Part shown: in pieces, positions 1 through 9,351 of the stretch
How positions within the stretch are numbered: position 1 is the stretch's first letter
Layout: each line of letters begins with the position of its first letter
Made by a program: the position numbers and the translations under genes
Source: an uncultured Thermococci archaeon
GTDB taxonomy: Archaea > CAYQAE01 > CAYVLA01
Assembly: GCA_964549615.1 (NCBI GenBank)
Contig: CAZJVP010000079.1
Span: 1-48,926 of the forward strand
Length of the DNA stretch: 48,926 nt
Reading direction: 5' to 3'
Notes under the pieces: model-generated
What the model was told of the DNA's origin: nothing
Seen by the model: the letters and a program-made list of their open reading frames with translations, nothing else
The model's database searches: none

Positions 1-1685
1 TACCGGGCTTTCGCCAGCAGCCCTTTCATCTCCGGGCCCGGGCGCTCCAGGTTATCCCGGCTGTACAGCCAAAGGGTGGGCACCACGCCCAACGACTCGT
101 AGGATGTGTCCCATGCGTGCCAGAGCCCCGGGTAGGAGTCCGGGTTGCAGACGCCCAGGTAGCCGTACATGACGTTGTACGGGCAGAAGAGGAAGGCCGA
201 GATCGGGTGAAGGCGGTCTATGAGGTTCGCATCCCACGTCTGGGCCACATGGTCGATGCCCAGGATCACATGCCTCTGGGCGAACCTCTCATACCTTATC
301 GTGAGCTCGCTCAGCCCCTCGCCGCTGAAGGCAACGTCGGGCATGGCCTCGTGCAGCTGGCGGTGTAGCTCCAGGTTCCCCTGGGTTGCCGTGAGCCCGT
401 CGATCGGCCCGTTTGCGTCGTTCCACACGGCCCAGCTGCAGTCAAGGTGAAACGCGTCCACCCCGTACCTTTCCCTGACCTCCTTCAGGGCCTGGACGAA
501 GATTGCCCGCCACTCCGCCGAGGCCGGGTTGATGTAGGCGATGTAGATGGGCGGGTCGGCCCTTGTCCATTCCCACCAGAGGAGGTCGCCCGAGAAGGGG
601 TCCCTCATCTGATGCTTCTTGAGCTGGGCGTAGAGCGGATGATCGGGGGAGACGCCGAAGTAGTTCGTGTGAACCATCACCCTGAACCCTAGGCGGTGGG
701 CCTCGGACAGGAACTCGGGGAACTGCGGCGAGGCCGTGTAGTCGGGGTAGTTGCGGTCGTACTCGTAGAGCCTCCAGTTCGGGACGTAAAGGAGGGTGGC
801 CGAGGAGTTCACCCGCTGCGAAAGCGGGAGCAGCAGGTCCTTCTCAAGGTTCATTATGACGACGAATCTGATGTCCTTGGCCCAAGACGCCTCCTCAAGG
901 AGGGGGCAGAGTTCGAGGTTCTGGCCCATCCATTCCCTGTAGATCTCCGCGCCGACGGTCCAATCGCCTCTGAACGCGGTTATCCTCCATGCAACCGATG
1001 ACGCGTCCCTGAGAACGTCGAATGGGGCGATGTTCTGCGTTCCGAACCTCAGGTCCCAGCGGCCCCCGCGCCTCCTGTACTGGAAGTCCTTGAAGCGGAA
1101 GCCCGTATCGTTGGACCATACTAGGAAGCCGCCCTTGGGCGTCTTGATGATCATCATTTGGGACTCCCAGGTCATCGGCCACTGGAACTCGTATCCGTCG
1201 AGCTTGTAGGATGAGTCTATCTCGACGCCCGAGGCCCCGGGGACTATCAGCGATGTCTTGGATGCGTTCAGCCCGCATATCCCCCAGTATATTTCCGCAA
1301 CTCCGGGGTCCTCGCTGAGGCCCCACTGGGTGAGGATTACATCGCCGCTGGGGTCGGCCCAGGCGGTCAGGATGTAGGTGGCCTTCTGAGTCTGGTATGT
1401 GGCTTCCACGAAACCCTCAGCGGTCTTCAGGCCTGAGAGGGTCATGTCATCGGTCCGGACTGCTGACTTGAGCAAGCGGATTCCGGCAAGCTCCGCTCTG
1501 GCGACCGGCGGGGAACCAAACCTCTCCCCCGTCAGATGGTTCTCAAGCCCGATGATGTTCCCAGCCTCCACCGTCACGGTGCAGGACTGCGTGGAGAGTT
1601 GCCAGGCTTGAGCGCCGGCTGCCGAGCAGAGGAGCAGGATGGCGATTGCAGAGAAGCGCAAGACAAGCACGGAAGCGCCGGGCAT
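1..1685 (-). CDS. Secreted putative glycoside hydrolase-like protein (DUF6259-like, TIM-barrel type); runs off the window edge
   Basis: Not in the ORF track because it is open to the edge. Manual translation from ATG 1685: MPGASVLVLRFSAIAILLLCSAAGAQAW (signal peptide) ... LLYVPNWRLYEYDRNYPDY ... AHRLGFRVMVHTNYFG ... YGVDAFHLDCSW, motifs typical of GH-like barrels. Family assignment is inference. Confidence 0.65.
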   Translation of the reverse strand, partial: MPGASVLVLRFSAIAILLLCSAAGAQAWQLSTQSCTVTVEAGNIIGLENHLTGERFGSPPVARAELAGIRLLKSAVRTDDMTLSGLKTAEGFVEATYQTQKATYILTAWADPSGDVILTQWGLSEDPGVAEIYWGICGLNASKTSLIVPGASGVEIDSSYKLDGYEFQWPMTWESQMMIIKTPKGGFLVWSNDTGFRFKDFQYRRRGGRWDLRFGTQNIAPFDVLRDASSVAWRITAFRGDWTVGAEIYREWMGQNLELCPLLEEASWAKDIRFVVIMNLEKDLLLPLSQRVNSSATLLYVPNWRLYEYDRNYPDYTASPQFPEFLSEAHRLGFRVMVHTNYFGVSPDHPLYAQLKKHQMRDPFSGDLLWWEWTRADPPIYIAYINPASAEWRAIFVQALKEVRERYGVDAFHLDCSWAVWNDANGPIDGLTATQGNLELHRQLHEAMPDVAFSGEGLSELTIRYERFAQRHVILGIDHVAQTWDANLIDRLHPISAFLFCPYNVMYGYLGVCNPDSYPGLWHAWDTSYESLGVVPTLWLYSRDNLERPGPEMKGLLAKAR

Positions 1686-1834
1686 TTCTTGCCTGATTAA
1701 TCTCATACTCCATCTGGACGCGCCTGCGATCGCTAGGGCAATGGTTCGGGCGTGCCGTGAGGGGCGCCTCGCAGATCATAGGACCCCGAAGGCCTCGATT
1801 TGAGCGGGTCGCGGGAACTGGAATCGACCTCAAG

Positions 1835-2302
1835 CTACGAGTTCGGCTGCCTCGCCCTCTTCCGCGCGCCTCGGGAGCCGTTTGCTGATCGGCGCTTCAA
1901 CCAATCAGCCGTGTAGGCCATGTACGCCTCGAAATCCGAAAGCCTGGTCTGCAGGAATTCGTACTCGAGGGACGTATCTACAGCCGCGTAATCATGGACA
2001 AGCAAATTCCTGAAGCCGATCATCTTGGTGATCCTGTCGGACAGGTCCTTAGGGATGACGCCGGCTTGCACCAGCATCGGCGGAATATCCCTGTAGCGTT
2101 CAGGCCTTCCGAGTTGAAGGAGCGAGATGATCTCGCTTCCAATGTCTATGACCGATTCTATGGCAAGCTGCAAGTACCTCTCGGCCGCCCCCCTTGACCT
2201 GAAGTCCGCCATGAAGGCCTCTAAGGACGCGGCCTTCAGCTCCTTCAGGAACCGCAAGTACTCCTTAAGTCGTGAAAGTTTCTCCCTGATTAGCGCTTCC
2301 AC
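1835..2302 (-). CDS. hepT: HepT-like HEPN RNase toxin (DUF86), type VII TA
   Basis: ERYLQLAIE and GFRNLLVHDY (R-x4-H-x-Y) motifs; overlaps the upstream MNT gene. Confidence 0.9.
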   Translation of the reverse strand: MEALIREKLSRLKEYLRFLKELKAASLEAFMADFRSRGAAERYLQLAIESVIDIGSEIISLLQLGRPERYRDIPPMLVQAGVIPKDLSDRITKMIGFRNLLVHDYAAVDTSLEYEFLQTRLSDFEAYMAYTADWLKRRSANGSRGARKRARQPNS

Positions 2303-2709
2303 TTCGAGATCTCCTTGACGAGGGCCTCGTCATATCTCTCCCTGAGCCATGCAAGATCCAGGTACTCTCTCATGGCCCGCGCCTCAAACTGGACTCTTGC
2401 CACTTCATTACGGCAGTAGACCACCTTCCCCGTCTTGATCACTTGGTGTTGGAGGAGGCTTGGTGCCTCGTTGAGAATGACTAGGTCGACCCTGTCGCCA
2501 AAGAGCCTCGTGAGCCTATCCGTGAGATCAAGGTAGTAGTCCAGCATATCTTCGGGCAGCTCGGAGAGCACTACCCCTATGTCGGTGTCACTCTCGGGGC
2601 CCTGAGAACCTCTGCAGCCCGAACCGAATAGGTAGGCAACTTGAACTCGAGGATCCTTCTCAAGGACTTCGGCTACCGTCCTGAGTACGGCTTGGGAAAG
2701 GCGTTCCAC
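2290..2709 (-). CDS. mntA: MntA-like minimal nucleotidyltransferase antitoxin
   Basis: YLFGS-x10-DTD motif, VDLVILN; 139 aa; directly upstream of the HEPN gene. Confidence 0.9.
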   Translation of the reverse strand: MERLSQAVLRTVAEVLEKDPRVQVAYLFGSGCRGSQGPESDTDIGVVLSELPEDMLDYYLDLTDRLTRLFGDRVDLVILNEAPSLLQHQVIKTGKVVYCRNEVARVQFEARAMREYLDLAWLRERYDEALVKEISKWKR

Positions 2710-2833
2710 CTACTGCAACTCAGGGTTCAATTATTAATCTGTTTCCGCTATCTTAGGCAGGTGCCTCCGGCGACGTTGTCAAGCTTGCCCGCCGCTTGTG
2801 CCCGCTGTGAACTCCACCAGGCATCGGTTCGAG

Positions 2834-2924
2834 CGGGCCGGGCGGGATTTGAACCCACGGCTTGCGGCTTTCTTCCAGGGGAAAGGTAGGAGGCCGCCGC
2901 CCTATCCAACTAGGCCACCGGCCC
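2834..2924 (-). tRNA. tRNA-Arg(CCT) with 17-nt intron at 37/38 (intron 2870-2886)
   Basis: Acceptor GGGCCGG/CCGGCCC, discriminator G, D-loop AGTTGGATA, anticodon stem GCGGC/GCCGC with CT-CCT-A, T arm GTGGG-TTCAAAT-CCCGC; CCA not encoded. Confidence 0.9.
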
Positions 2925-2958
2925 AGAAGCAGTAGCGCCGATCAATCCGGAATTTTGA

Positions 2959-2966
2959 TTAAATAT
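2959..2966 (-). promoter_or_regulatory. TATA box (ATATTTAA) of tRNA-Arg
   Basis: 34 nt upstream of the tRNA 5' end, preceded by a purine-rich BRE-like run; the same octamer lies upstream of tRNA-Asn. Confidence 0.6.
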
Positions 2967-3055
2967 CTTTTGCCGGGAGCCGGGAGCGCCAGGATACACT
3001 TTAAAACCGCTTGCCGATCAGCGGGCGAACCCGCCTGGCGGGGCTTGGTGATGAC

Positions 3056-4189
3056 ATGGCTAATCGCGTAGGTCTGGCCGCGATCGGAGCTGGAGGGATA
3101 TTCCAGGGCGCGCACCTACCTCAGTACCTCAAAATCCCCGTAGATTTCGTGGGCGTATACGACGTTGACAGGTCCATGGCCGACGCAGCCGTGAAGAGAT
3201 ACCGCGACCTGAGGGCAGAGGCCATGGGCGAGGCCTCTGGATCCCTACCGCTGCCCAAGGTCTACGACAGCATCAAGGAGATCATAAACGACGACAGCGT
3301 CAGCATGGTCGATGTGTGCACGCCGCCGTCGGCGCGGGACATGATCGTGGATCTCCTCAAGGCGGGCAAGCATGTGTGCGCGGAGAAGCCGATGTGCCGG
3401 AACTACCTTGAGGCCAAGGCCATCGCGGAGGCAGCGAAGGAGACGGGCAGCCTGTACCAGCATAACGAGAACTGGTGCTATGATGGTTATCGATACACCC
3501 TGCAGAAGCTGCTCAAGGAGGACCTGGGCGTCCCGCTCGTCAGCATGCATTCGGAGGGCCACGGCGGGCCCGAGGGCAAGGAGTGGTTCTGGGACCCGGA
3601 CCTTGGAGGCGGCGGCACGCTCCTTGACAACGGCATACACCCGATCACCGGAAGCTGGTATCTTTTGGGCTTCGATGAATGGAAGCCCGCCAGGGTCAAG
3701 GCGGTCAAGCTCGGCATCAAGTATCCCTGGCGCATGATAGGCGGGATATACCAGAAGGTCAGGGTCGAGGACCACGCCCACGTCAAGATAATCTACGAGA
3801 ACCAGGCCGGCGATACCTCGCTCGCACTTGTGGAGGCAAGTTGGAGCTGGACCTACCTGAGGTCGTTCATCCAGGCCGAGAAGGGTTCAGCGCACGAGGA
3901 GGCCGGTGACATCGTCATGGACATCTACGGCTACGGCCAGAGGAGGATCAAGATCCCCGCCATGAGCGGAACGTTCGGCGAGTTGAACAACTTCGTCCAG
4001 TGCATCCTCCGAAAGCAGCGATCGATCACGAACGAGGACATCGGACTCCAAAGCATGGCCATCGTGGGCGCATCCTACCTTTCAAAACTGAAACGGCGGA
4101 CCGTGACCCTGGAGGAGTTCGTCGAGTGGGCCGAGCGCATCGGGGACCACAACAAGCTCAGGCGCGAGCTGTTGAAGGCTTGCCAGTAG
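3056..4189 (+). CDS. Gfo/Idh/MocA family oxidoreductase
   Basis: IGAGGI Rossmann motif, GKHVCAEKPM, GGGTLLDNGIH; ATG 3056 preceded by GGTGA. Confidence 0.9.
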   Translation: MANRVGLAAIGAGGIFQGAHLPQYLKIPVDFVGVYDVDRSMADAAVKRYRDLRAEAMGEASGSLPLPKVYDSIKEIINDDSVSMVDVCTPPSARDMIVDLLKAGKHVCAEKPMCRNYLEAKAIAEAAKETGSLYQHNENWCYDGYRYTLQKLLKEDLGVPLVSMHSEGHGGPEGKEWFWDPDLGGGGTLLDNGIHPITGSWYLLGFDEWKPARVKAVKLGIKYPWRMIGGIYQKVRVEDHAHVKIIYENQAGDTSLALVEASWSWTYLRSFIQAEKGSAHEEAGDIVMDIYGYGQRRIKIPAMSGTFGELNNFVQCILRKQRSITNEDIGLQSMAIVGASYLSKLKRRTVTLEEFVEWAERIGDHNKLRRELLKACQ

Positions 4190-4240
4190 CAGCCGGAGCC
4201 GGGGCGCGTCCGATTTAAATCCCCGGACGGGCAGAAGAAA

Positions 4241-5560
4241 ATGCCGATGGACGAAGCGCCTAGGATACTGAAGGCAATCAAGGCGGGCTCCCTCCCGCGC
4301 CTTGAGACGGGAAGGGTACCCAGCTCGAAGAGCGACGCGCGGTGCATCCTTTGCCGGGGGAGCAAGCTGTTGTGCGGGAAGTCCAGATGCCCGATCATGG
4401 TCAAGTTCTATGCGCAGTCTAGGATCGCGCCGAAGCTCGACGTCCTCGAGATGGAGGGAGCATCCCCGCCCGGGGTCTTCGTGGGCAGGATCGGCTACCC
4501 CAAGGTTTTCGTGGGGCCCCTCATCCCTCCGGAGTTCGGGGATACCTCCATGATGGATACCCCCGAGCTTTGGCTGGGCAAGACCATAGACGAGATAGTG
4601 GACTTCAGGTTCCGGCTGGTGCGGGGGAAGAGGAGCGTGGACGTGAGGGATGTGCTCGGCGGGGGCAAGGTCGTCGAGATGACGAGGGAGCTTGGCATGG
4701 CTCGCGATCCGGCCGAGGTGGAGGCCGAGTTCACGAAGAAGCCGTCTGGCAGGATAATCCTCGACGATGAGATCCAGCCATTCGGCCCGTCGGCCCCGAT
4801 CAAGAGCATGAGCTTGGGAAGCTACCGCCTTGACCCCAGGATCGAGAGGGCGTATTTCGATACCGACCTCAAGGCAATGCCGGCGGTGCTGGACCTCTAC
4901 CAGCACGGCGTCTACGTCTCCAAGATACAGAGGGCTCTGTCCGTGGGTGCATTCGGAATCGAGGATGCGAGGCGTTTCGTGCCGACGCGCTGGAGCATCA
5001 CAGCGGTCGACAGCATGCTGTCCGAGAACCTGATGTCCAAGGTCAAGAGACATCCGCTCATCAACGAGTTCAGGGTCTACGAGTCCTGGTCCTTGGATAA
5101 CCGCTTCGAGGTCCTGATGATGCCCGCCGCTTGGAGCTACGAGCTCGTGGAGGCATGGTTCCCGAACACGGCCTGGAACCCGTCCGGGTCCAGCGTGGCC
5201 ATCTACTCCTCCTCCGAGGGCTACAGGGGAAGGACCACGTACGCTGAGATCGGCGGCTGCTACTATGCAGCCAGGCTTGCAACATGTGAGCAGCTGGACC
5301 GCGAGCGAAGGCAGGCAGCGGTCGTCATCCTGCGCGAGAGCCATCCAGGCTACATAATGCCCGTGGGCGTGTGGAACGTGAGGGAGAACGTCAGGCGTGC
5401 GGTGAGAGGACCGTGCACGCGGTTCGAAACGTTGCACGAGGCGTTGGGCTTCATCGCCAAGAGGCTCGACATCGACCTGGGGACCTGGATCAGAAACAGC
5501 AGGATCCTGAGGGATGCGATCTACCAGAGGAGGGTCGACGACTTCGCCAGGGAGCCCTAG
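4241..5560 (+). CDS. nreA: Archaeal DNA repair protein NreA
   Basis: N-terminal CILCRGSKLLCGKSRCP Cys cluster, SPPGVFVGRIGYPKV, VPTRWSITAVD, GGCYYAARL, C-terminal PIP-like QRRVDDF. Confidence 0.9.
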   Translation: MPMDEAPRILKAIKAGSLPRLETGRVPSSKSDARCILCRGSKLLCGKSRCPIMVKFYAQSRIAPKLDVLEMEGASPPGVFVGRIGYPKVFVGPLIPPEFGDTSMMDTPELWLGKTIDEIVDFRFRLVRGKRSVDVRDVLGGGKVVEMTRELGMARDPAEVEAEFTKKPSGRIILDDEIQPFGPSAPIKSMSLGSYRLDPRIERAYFDTDLKAMPAVLDLYQHGVYVSKIQRALSVGAFGIEDARRFVPTRWSITAVDSMLSENLMSKVKRHPLINEFRVYESWSLDNRFEVLMMPAAWSYELVEAWFPNTAWNPSGSSVAIYSSSEGYRGRTTYAEIGGCYYAARLATCEQLDRERRQAAVVILRESHPGYIMPVGVWNVRENVRRAVRGPCTRFETLHEALGFIAKRLDIDLGTWIRNSRILRDAIYQRRVDDFAREP

Positions 5561-7152
5561 GCCTTGGCGATGGAATACCTCACGGTTGCGAACATCGGCC
5601 CCCGGATGTCTATCTTCTTGTTCCTCGACTCAACGAACCTTCTCACCGCGATGGGTATGTCAAGGTAGATGTCTGATGCCGACCTGACCATCCCGACCCT
5701 TATTTCCCTGGTGCCCAGCTTTCCCTGTTCCACATCCACCTCGATCTGGGACGCACAGAAGTCCGCCAGGCACCCGATGTACGACAGCTGGCCGGCCCGC
5801 CCCTCATTTGCGCGGGGCGGGGATGCAATGATGTTCCCGTCCTCGACCCTAACCACGTTGAAAGCGGCCGGGCCCATCAGCTTTACCCCCTCCTCCACCT
5901 CGACCAGTTCCACGGTGACTCTGTGGCCTCCAAGCGTGCCATCCCATACCGTGAAAGCGCAGGGAGCAGCCGCGTCCGCTTCCTTTCTTGCTGCGGTGAC
6001 GATCGCTGCCGAGATCGCAATGCCCTGTTCGGTTGTGGGCGAGCGTATCGGCCTGAGGCTCCTCTCCATCTCCTCATCGGTGAAACGGGGTTTGACGTAG
6101 ATCTCCGGATAGGTCAGCTCCCTTATGTCCTTGGCACGCTCGGTGATCATTGCCAGCCGGCCGATGCTCAGCCCCATGTTGAAGACGGGATACGGTATGC
6201 CGTATTTCGACAGGGCAACCGGCGAGTACATGCCCAGGTCCGCGATCTCGATCCCCAGGCTGCCCGTTTTGCTGGCGACGGACGGATGGACCGCGAAAAC
6301 CTCCTCCTCGGTCCCTGGCGTGTAATACTTGGAGGTCGCCCGTTTCTTCACGAACTTTATGTCGCTGAAGCCCAGGCCTTCGATGATCCTTCGGGCCATC
6401 TGCCTCCCGTCCTCGAGGCTCAGCTCCCTGTCCATGATCACTATCGAGGCGTTGTAGTGGCTCCTGAGGTGGGTTGCATCCTCGCGCTGCTCGCGCCTCA
6501 TCCTGACGCCGGTTGTGAATAGGAGGATCGGCGTCACCTTCTTGTTTAGGACCTCCGCCAAGATCGGGAACCACGCGGTGGTGAAGTGGGAAAGGATGGT
6601 GAGGTGGGTCGGGATGGGCTCAAGCTTCTTCAGCTCCGCGAAGACCTTGTCGATTATCTCGGTGGCTTTCCCCTCAGGGAGGGAGAGGCGTTTCACCATC
6701 TCCTCCACGAAGTCATCGCTCTCGATCTTGCCCGCCTTGTACTCTCTGAGAAGCTGGGTGAGCTTGTCCACGGCGGAAAAGCCGGGCACGATGCTGCGGA
6801 TCTGGTCCAACCTCTCCTTCGATAGCCCGATTTCCGGGCGCGGAAGCCCGGCAAGATAGTAGCATCTCTCGAGGATCAGGGCGGATTCGGGGCCGTACTG
6901 TTTCCTGACGTGCTCGTCCTCCCAGATCAAGGGCGTGATCACCTCGTCGAATCCAAGGTCCAGGAGGACCGCGCGTATCCTCTGCCTTGCGACCTCGATC
7001 GGATGCGGCCTGCCGGGGCCTTGCTTGGGCCGCAGCAGCCTGCCCTCTCGCTTGATCAGGTCCGCCGTTTGCAGCCAGGCCGATTCGAAGTCCTTGCCGG
7101 CCTGTTTGTTTATCGCCTCCGGGCTCCAGGACACGTCGATCAGCCCCTGCAA
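5557..7152 (-). CDS. sepS: O-phosphoserine--tRNA ligase (SepRS), divergent
   Basis: KDFESAW, GFDEVITPLI, KQYGPESALILERCYYLAGLPRP, RREQREDATHL, SKYYTP, YSPVALSKYGI, LMGPAAFN, KKIDIRGPMF. Confidence 0.9.
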   Translation of the reverse strand: MQGLIDVSWSPEAINKQAGKDFESAWLQTADLIKREGRLLRPKQGPGRPHPIEVARQRIRAVLLDLGFDEVITPLIWEDEHVRKQYGPESALILERCYYLAGLPRPEIGLSKERLDQIRSIVPGFSAVDKLTQLLREYKAGKIESDDFVEEMVKRLSLPEGKATEIIDKVFAELKKLEPIPTHLTILSHFTTAWFPILAEVLNKKVTPILLFTTGVRMRREQREDATHLRSHYNASIVIMDRELSLEDGRQMARRIIEGLGFSDIKFVKKRATSKYYTPGTEEEVFAVHPSVASKTGSLGIEIADLGMYSPVALSKYGIPYPVFNMGLSIGRLAMITERAKDIRELTYPEIYVKPRFTDEEMERSLRPIRSPTTEQGIAISAAIVTAARKEADAAAPCAFTVWDGTLGGHRVTVELVEVEEGVKLMGPAAFNVVRVEDGNIIASPPRANEGRAGQLSYIGCLADFCASQIEVDVEQGKLGTREIRVGMVRSASDIYLDIPIAVRRFVESRNKKIDIRGPMFATVRYSIAKA

Positions 7153-7751
7153 ATTTCGAGCTTGCGCGAAAGGTCCTCCTGGAGGACCGCGTTCGTCACA
7201 TCCGCCCGTGTCTTCTCAAGCAGGCTCCTTGCTACGTCCAGCCTTCTACGAAGATCGCCCACGATGGCCTTCGGGTAGTCGAAACCCATGAGGAGGTCGT
7301 ACATGTTCTCGAGGATGTCTAGGTATTCCTCTGCCTCCTTGGTCTGCCGGCGCCGCAGCAGGTCGAGTATGTGCCTCCTCATCTCCCCAATTGCGTCGCC
7401 CATCCCATTCAGGTAAGCGGCAGGGGGCACCTGGACCTCATCCATGTCGGGGATCGTCCTCTCCGTAAAGAGCTTGAAGACCATGACCAACTCGGCGTAC
7501 TCGGTCAGCCCGGACATGACCATGGAGGAATGGTAGAGATCCGGATAATCTCCCAGTTCCCTTGCCACCTCGTTCGTGATCAGTCCCGCCTCCTTGATCC
7601 TCTGCTCGGCCGACGACAGCTCTCCTCGGTGTAACGCCTTTATGCCGTCGCCGCAGGTTCTTATGAGGAGGCGGAGCTTCCTGATCGAGCTCTCTCTCGC
7701 CGCGTCCTTCTGCCGCAGTATCTCATGGATGCGCTCCGCGCTTTCCGCCAA
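7140..7751 (-). CDS. Translin/TRAX (C3PO) family protein
   Basis: DAARE, EYAE, YLNGMGDAIGEMRR, LRRRLDVARSLLEKT; overlaps the sepS start. Confidence 0.85.
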   Translation of the reverse strand: MAESAERIHEILRQKDAARESSIRKLRLLIRTCGDGIKALHRGELSSAEQRIKEAGLITNEVARELGDYPDLYHSSMVMSGLTEYAELVMVFKLFTERTIPDMDEVQVPPAAYLNGMGDAIGEMRRHILDLLRRRQTKEAEEYLDILENMYDLLMGFDYPKAIVGDLRRRLDVARSLLEKTRADVTNAVLQEDLSRKLEICRG

Positions 7752-8139
7752 GGTCCTCGTGGGTAGCTATGGGCAGCGCTAATTAACTCTTTTCGGTTGG
7801 CGTTGGGCGCGTGCTGTTTCCGCATTTCGCTCCTTGACGGACGAGCGCGTTCTCGCGGACGCCGGCCAACCCCCAACTCGTCATGCGGTCTTTTCGACCG
7901 ACGTACGGGGCATGGCGCTGAAAAGAGTCCGGTAGGCCGGTCTTGCACAGCTCGGTTTGAACGGCGCGCGCTTGGCTCGGGTTGCGCATCTGGGTCAGGG
8001 ATTCAGCCGCGAGAAGGTATGTATCCAGCTTCGAGGAAGAAAGCTACGTGGGGCCTCGAACTCAGCCGCATGAGCCAGACTGAAGGTTTCTGGTCGGTTG
8101 GGCCCGACAATCTGTTGGAGGCCTTGGCGTCGGCTTTCG

Positions 8140-9351
8140 TCACAGGGAGGCGCGGGTGGTCTTTACCTCTCTGTACAGCCGCCTCCTAACCATCAGGGTC
8201 CACAGAGCCGCCCCGCACAGAAGCAGGGTGGCTGTCACGGCGAGCCATTCGATGAGATAGACCCAGAGCAGGGCCCTCTGCCTGAGCTTCATCGACTCTT
8301 CAGACAACTCGGCGAACTCACTTAGAAGGTTGTCCATGGTCTGCCATGCCGCTTCATAATCGCCCTCGATGTAAAGCCTCTCGGCACGTTTCCTATCGCC
8401 CTCAAGGTCCCCAATCAACTTCTCGATACCGGCCGTGTTGGCCCCGAACTTTCCCACGAAATCCAAGAGAGCCGCCGCCAGCGACCTTCTCGTCAGGTAC
8501 TCGTTGAAGGAGTTCCTCAGCCTTCGGGCCAGATCGGGATCCTCCGGCAGGGGGAGATTGGCGACGTAGTATGCATGGTTCAGAACAAAGTCGACGTAGT
8601 ACTCCCAACCCCTTTCCGTGGCGTCGGGGACGTTGTCCCACCCCATCGGTATCATGAGGGTGGTTCCGGCTCCGTAAGTGCCGCCGATGATCGCATCTTC
8701 CTTCCCTGCACGCCACACGGTGTACACAACCGAGCCCGCCCGGGCCACCTGGATTCCGTGTTGCTCGACCGTCGTGAGGGGGATTCGATCGAAAAGGGGA
8801 AGGGCTGTCAGAAGCGATTCCGTGGTTATGTCCATGTAGGCGGTGCGGAGGTTCTGTTTTCCGAGAACCAGGTCCGCGGGGTATGCCTGGTAAAGTACGG
8901 TGCCGCTCCAGGCCGCCGCGTCGTTTCCCGTCCAGTCCGAAACTGCATACCAGCCCATCTCCACCAAGGCCAGGCCGAGTCCATGGTCTCTGACGGCGTC
9001 ATGGATCCATTGGATGTGTTCATTCCTCAGGACGTAGGGCACGAAGTCGAAAAGCTCGATCACGTCGAAGTTCGAAACCAGCTTCTCCTTCGTCCGCGGA
9101 ACGTAGATCCGAACGAACCGCTTGCTGGTATCCGGATCGGCAATGTCGCCGGCGGGGATGAGGGTGAGGTCCACTCTGGGATCCGACAAGAGGAAGTAAG
9201 TGGCGTCCTGATGGTGAATGTCGACCTCCCCGATCATCAGCATCCGGATCTTCCCCGTTTCGGGGTCGATCTTGGGCACGCCCAGGCCAGCGGACAGGGT
9301 CCCTTGCAGGATGGAGAAAGCCAAGAGTCCGCTGACCCACCCTTCACGCAC
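8140..9351 (-). CDS. Uncharacterised membrane-anchored protein, paralogue A (signal peptide, extracellular domain, helical stalk, C-terminal TM)
   Basis: Shares DPETGKIR, RIYVPRT, KFGANT and WVYLIEW...LMVRRRLYREV motifs with 11834-13012 and 39122-40357. Confidence 0.8.
   Translation of the reverse strand: MREGWVSGLLAFSILQGTLSAGLGVPKIDPETGKIRMLMIGEVDIHHQDATYFLLSDPRVDLTLIPAGDIADPDTSKRFVRIYVPRTKEKLVSNFDVIELFDFVPYVLRNEHIQWIHDAVRDHGLGLALVEMGWYAVSDWTGNDAAAWSGTVLYQAYPADLVLGKQNLRTAYMDITTESLLTALPLFDRIPLTTVEQHGIQVARAGSVVYTVWRAGKEDAIIGGTYGAGTTLMIPMGWDNVPDATERGWEYYVDFVLNHAYYVANLPLPEDPDLARRLRNSFNEYLTRRSLAAALLDFVGKFGANTAGIEKLIGDLEGDRKRAERLYIEGDYEAAWQTMDNLLSEFAELSEESMKLRQRALLWVYLIEWLAVTATLLLCGAALWTLMVRRRLYREVKTTRASL

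Noticed and set aside
1802-1816. Weak resemblance to the tRNA-Arg 3' end, a possible att site flanking mntA-hepT
   Set aside because: Needs a mismatch and a gap in 15 nt of GC-rich sequence and includes bases outside the tRNA
4082-5437. 451-aa antisense ORF and many similar long shadow ORFs (e.g. 8575-9378, 45129-46031)
   Set aside because: They lie opposite or out of frame with well-supported genes, as expected in high-GC DNA, and show no family motifs
7790-8135. GC-rich intergenic stretch considered as RNase P or SRP RNA
   Set aside because: No GAGGAAAGUCC-type P4 motif, SRP helix 8 motif or cloverleaf found by eye; an Infernal/Rfam scan would settle it
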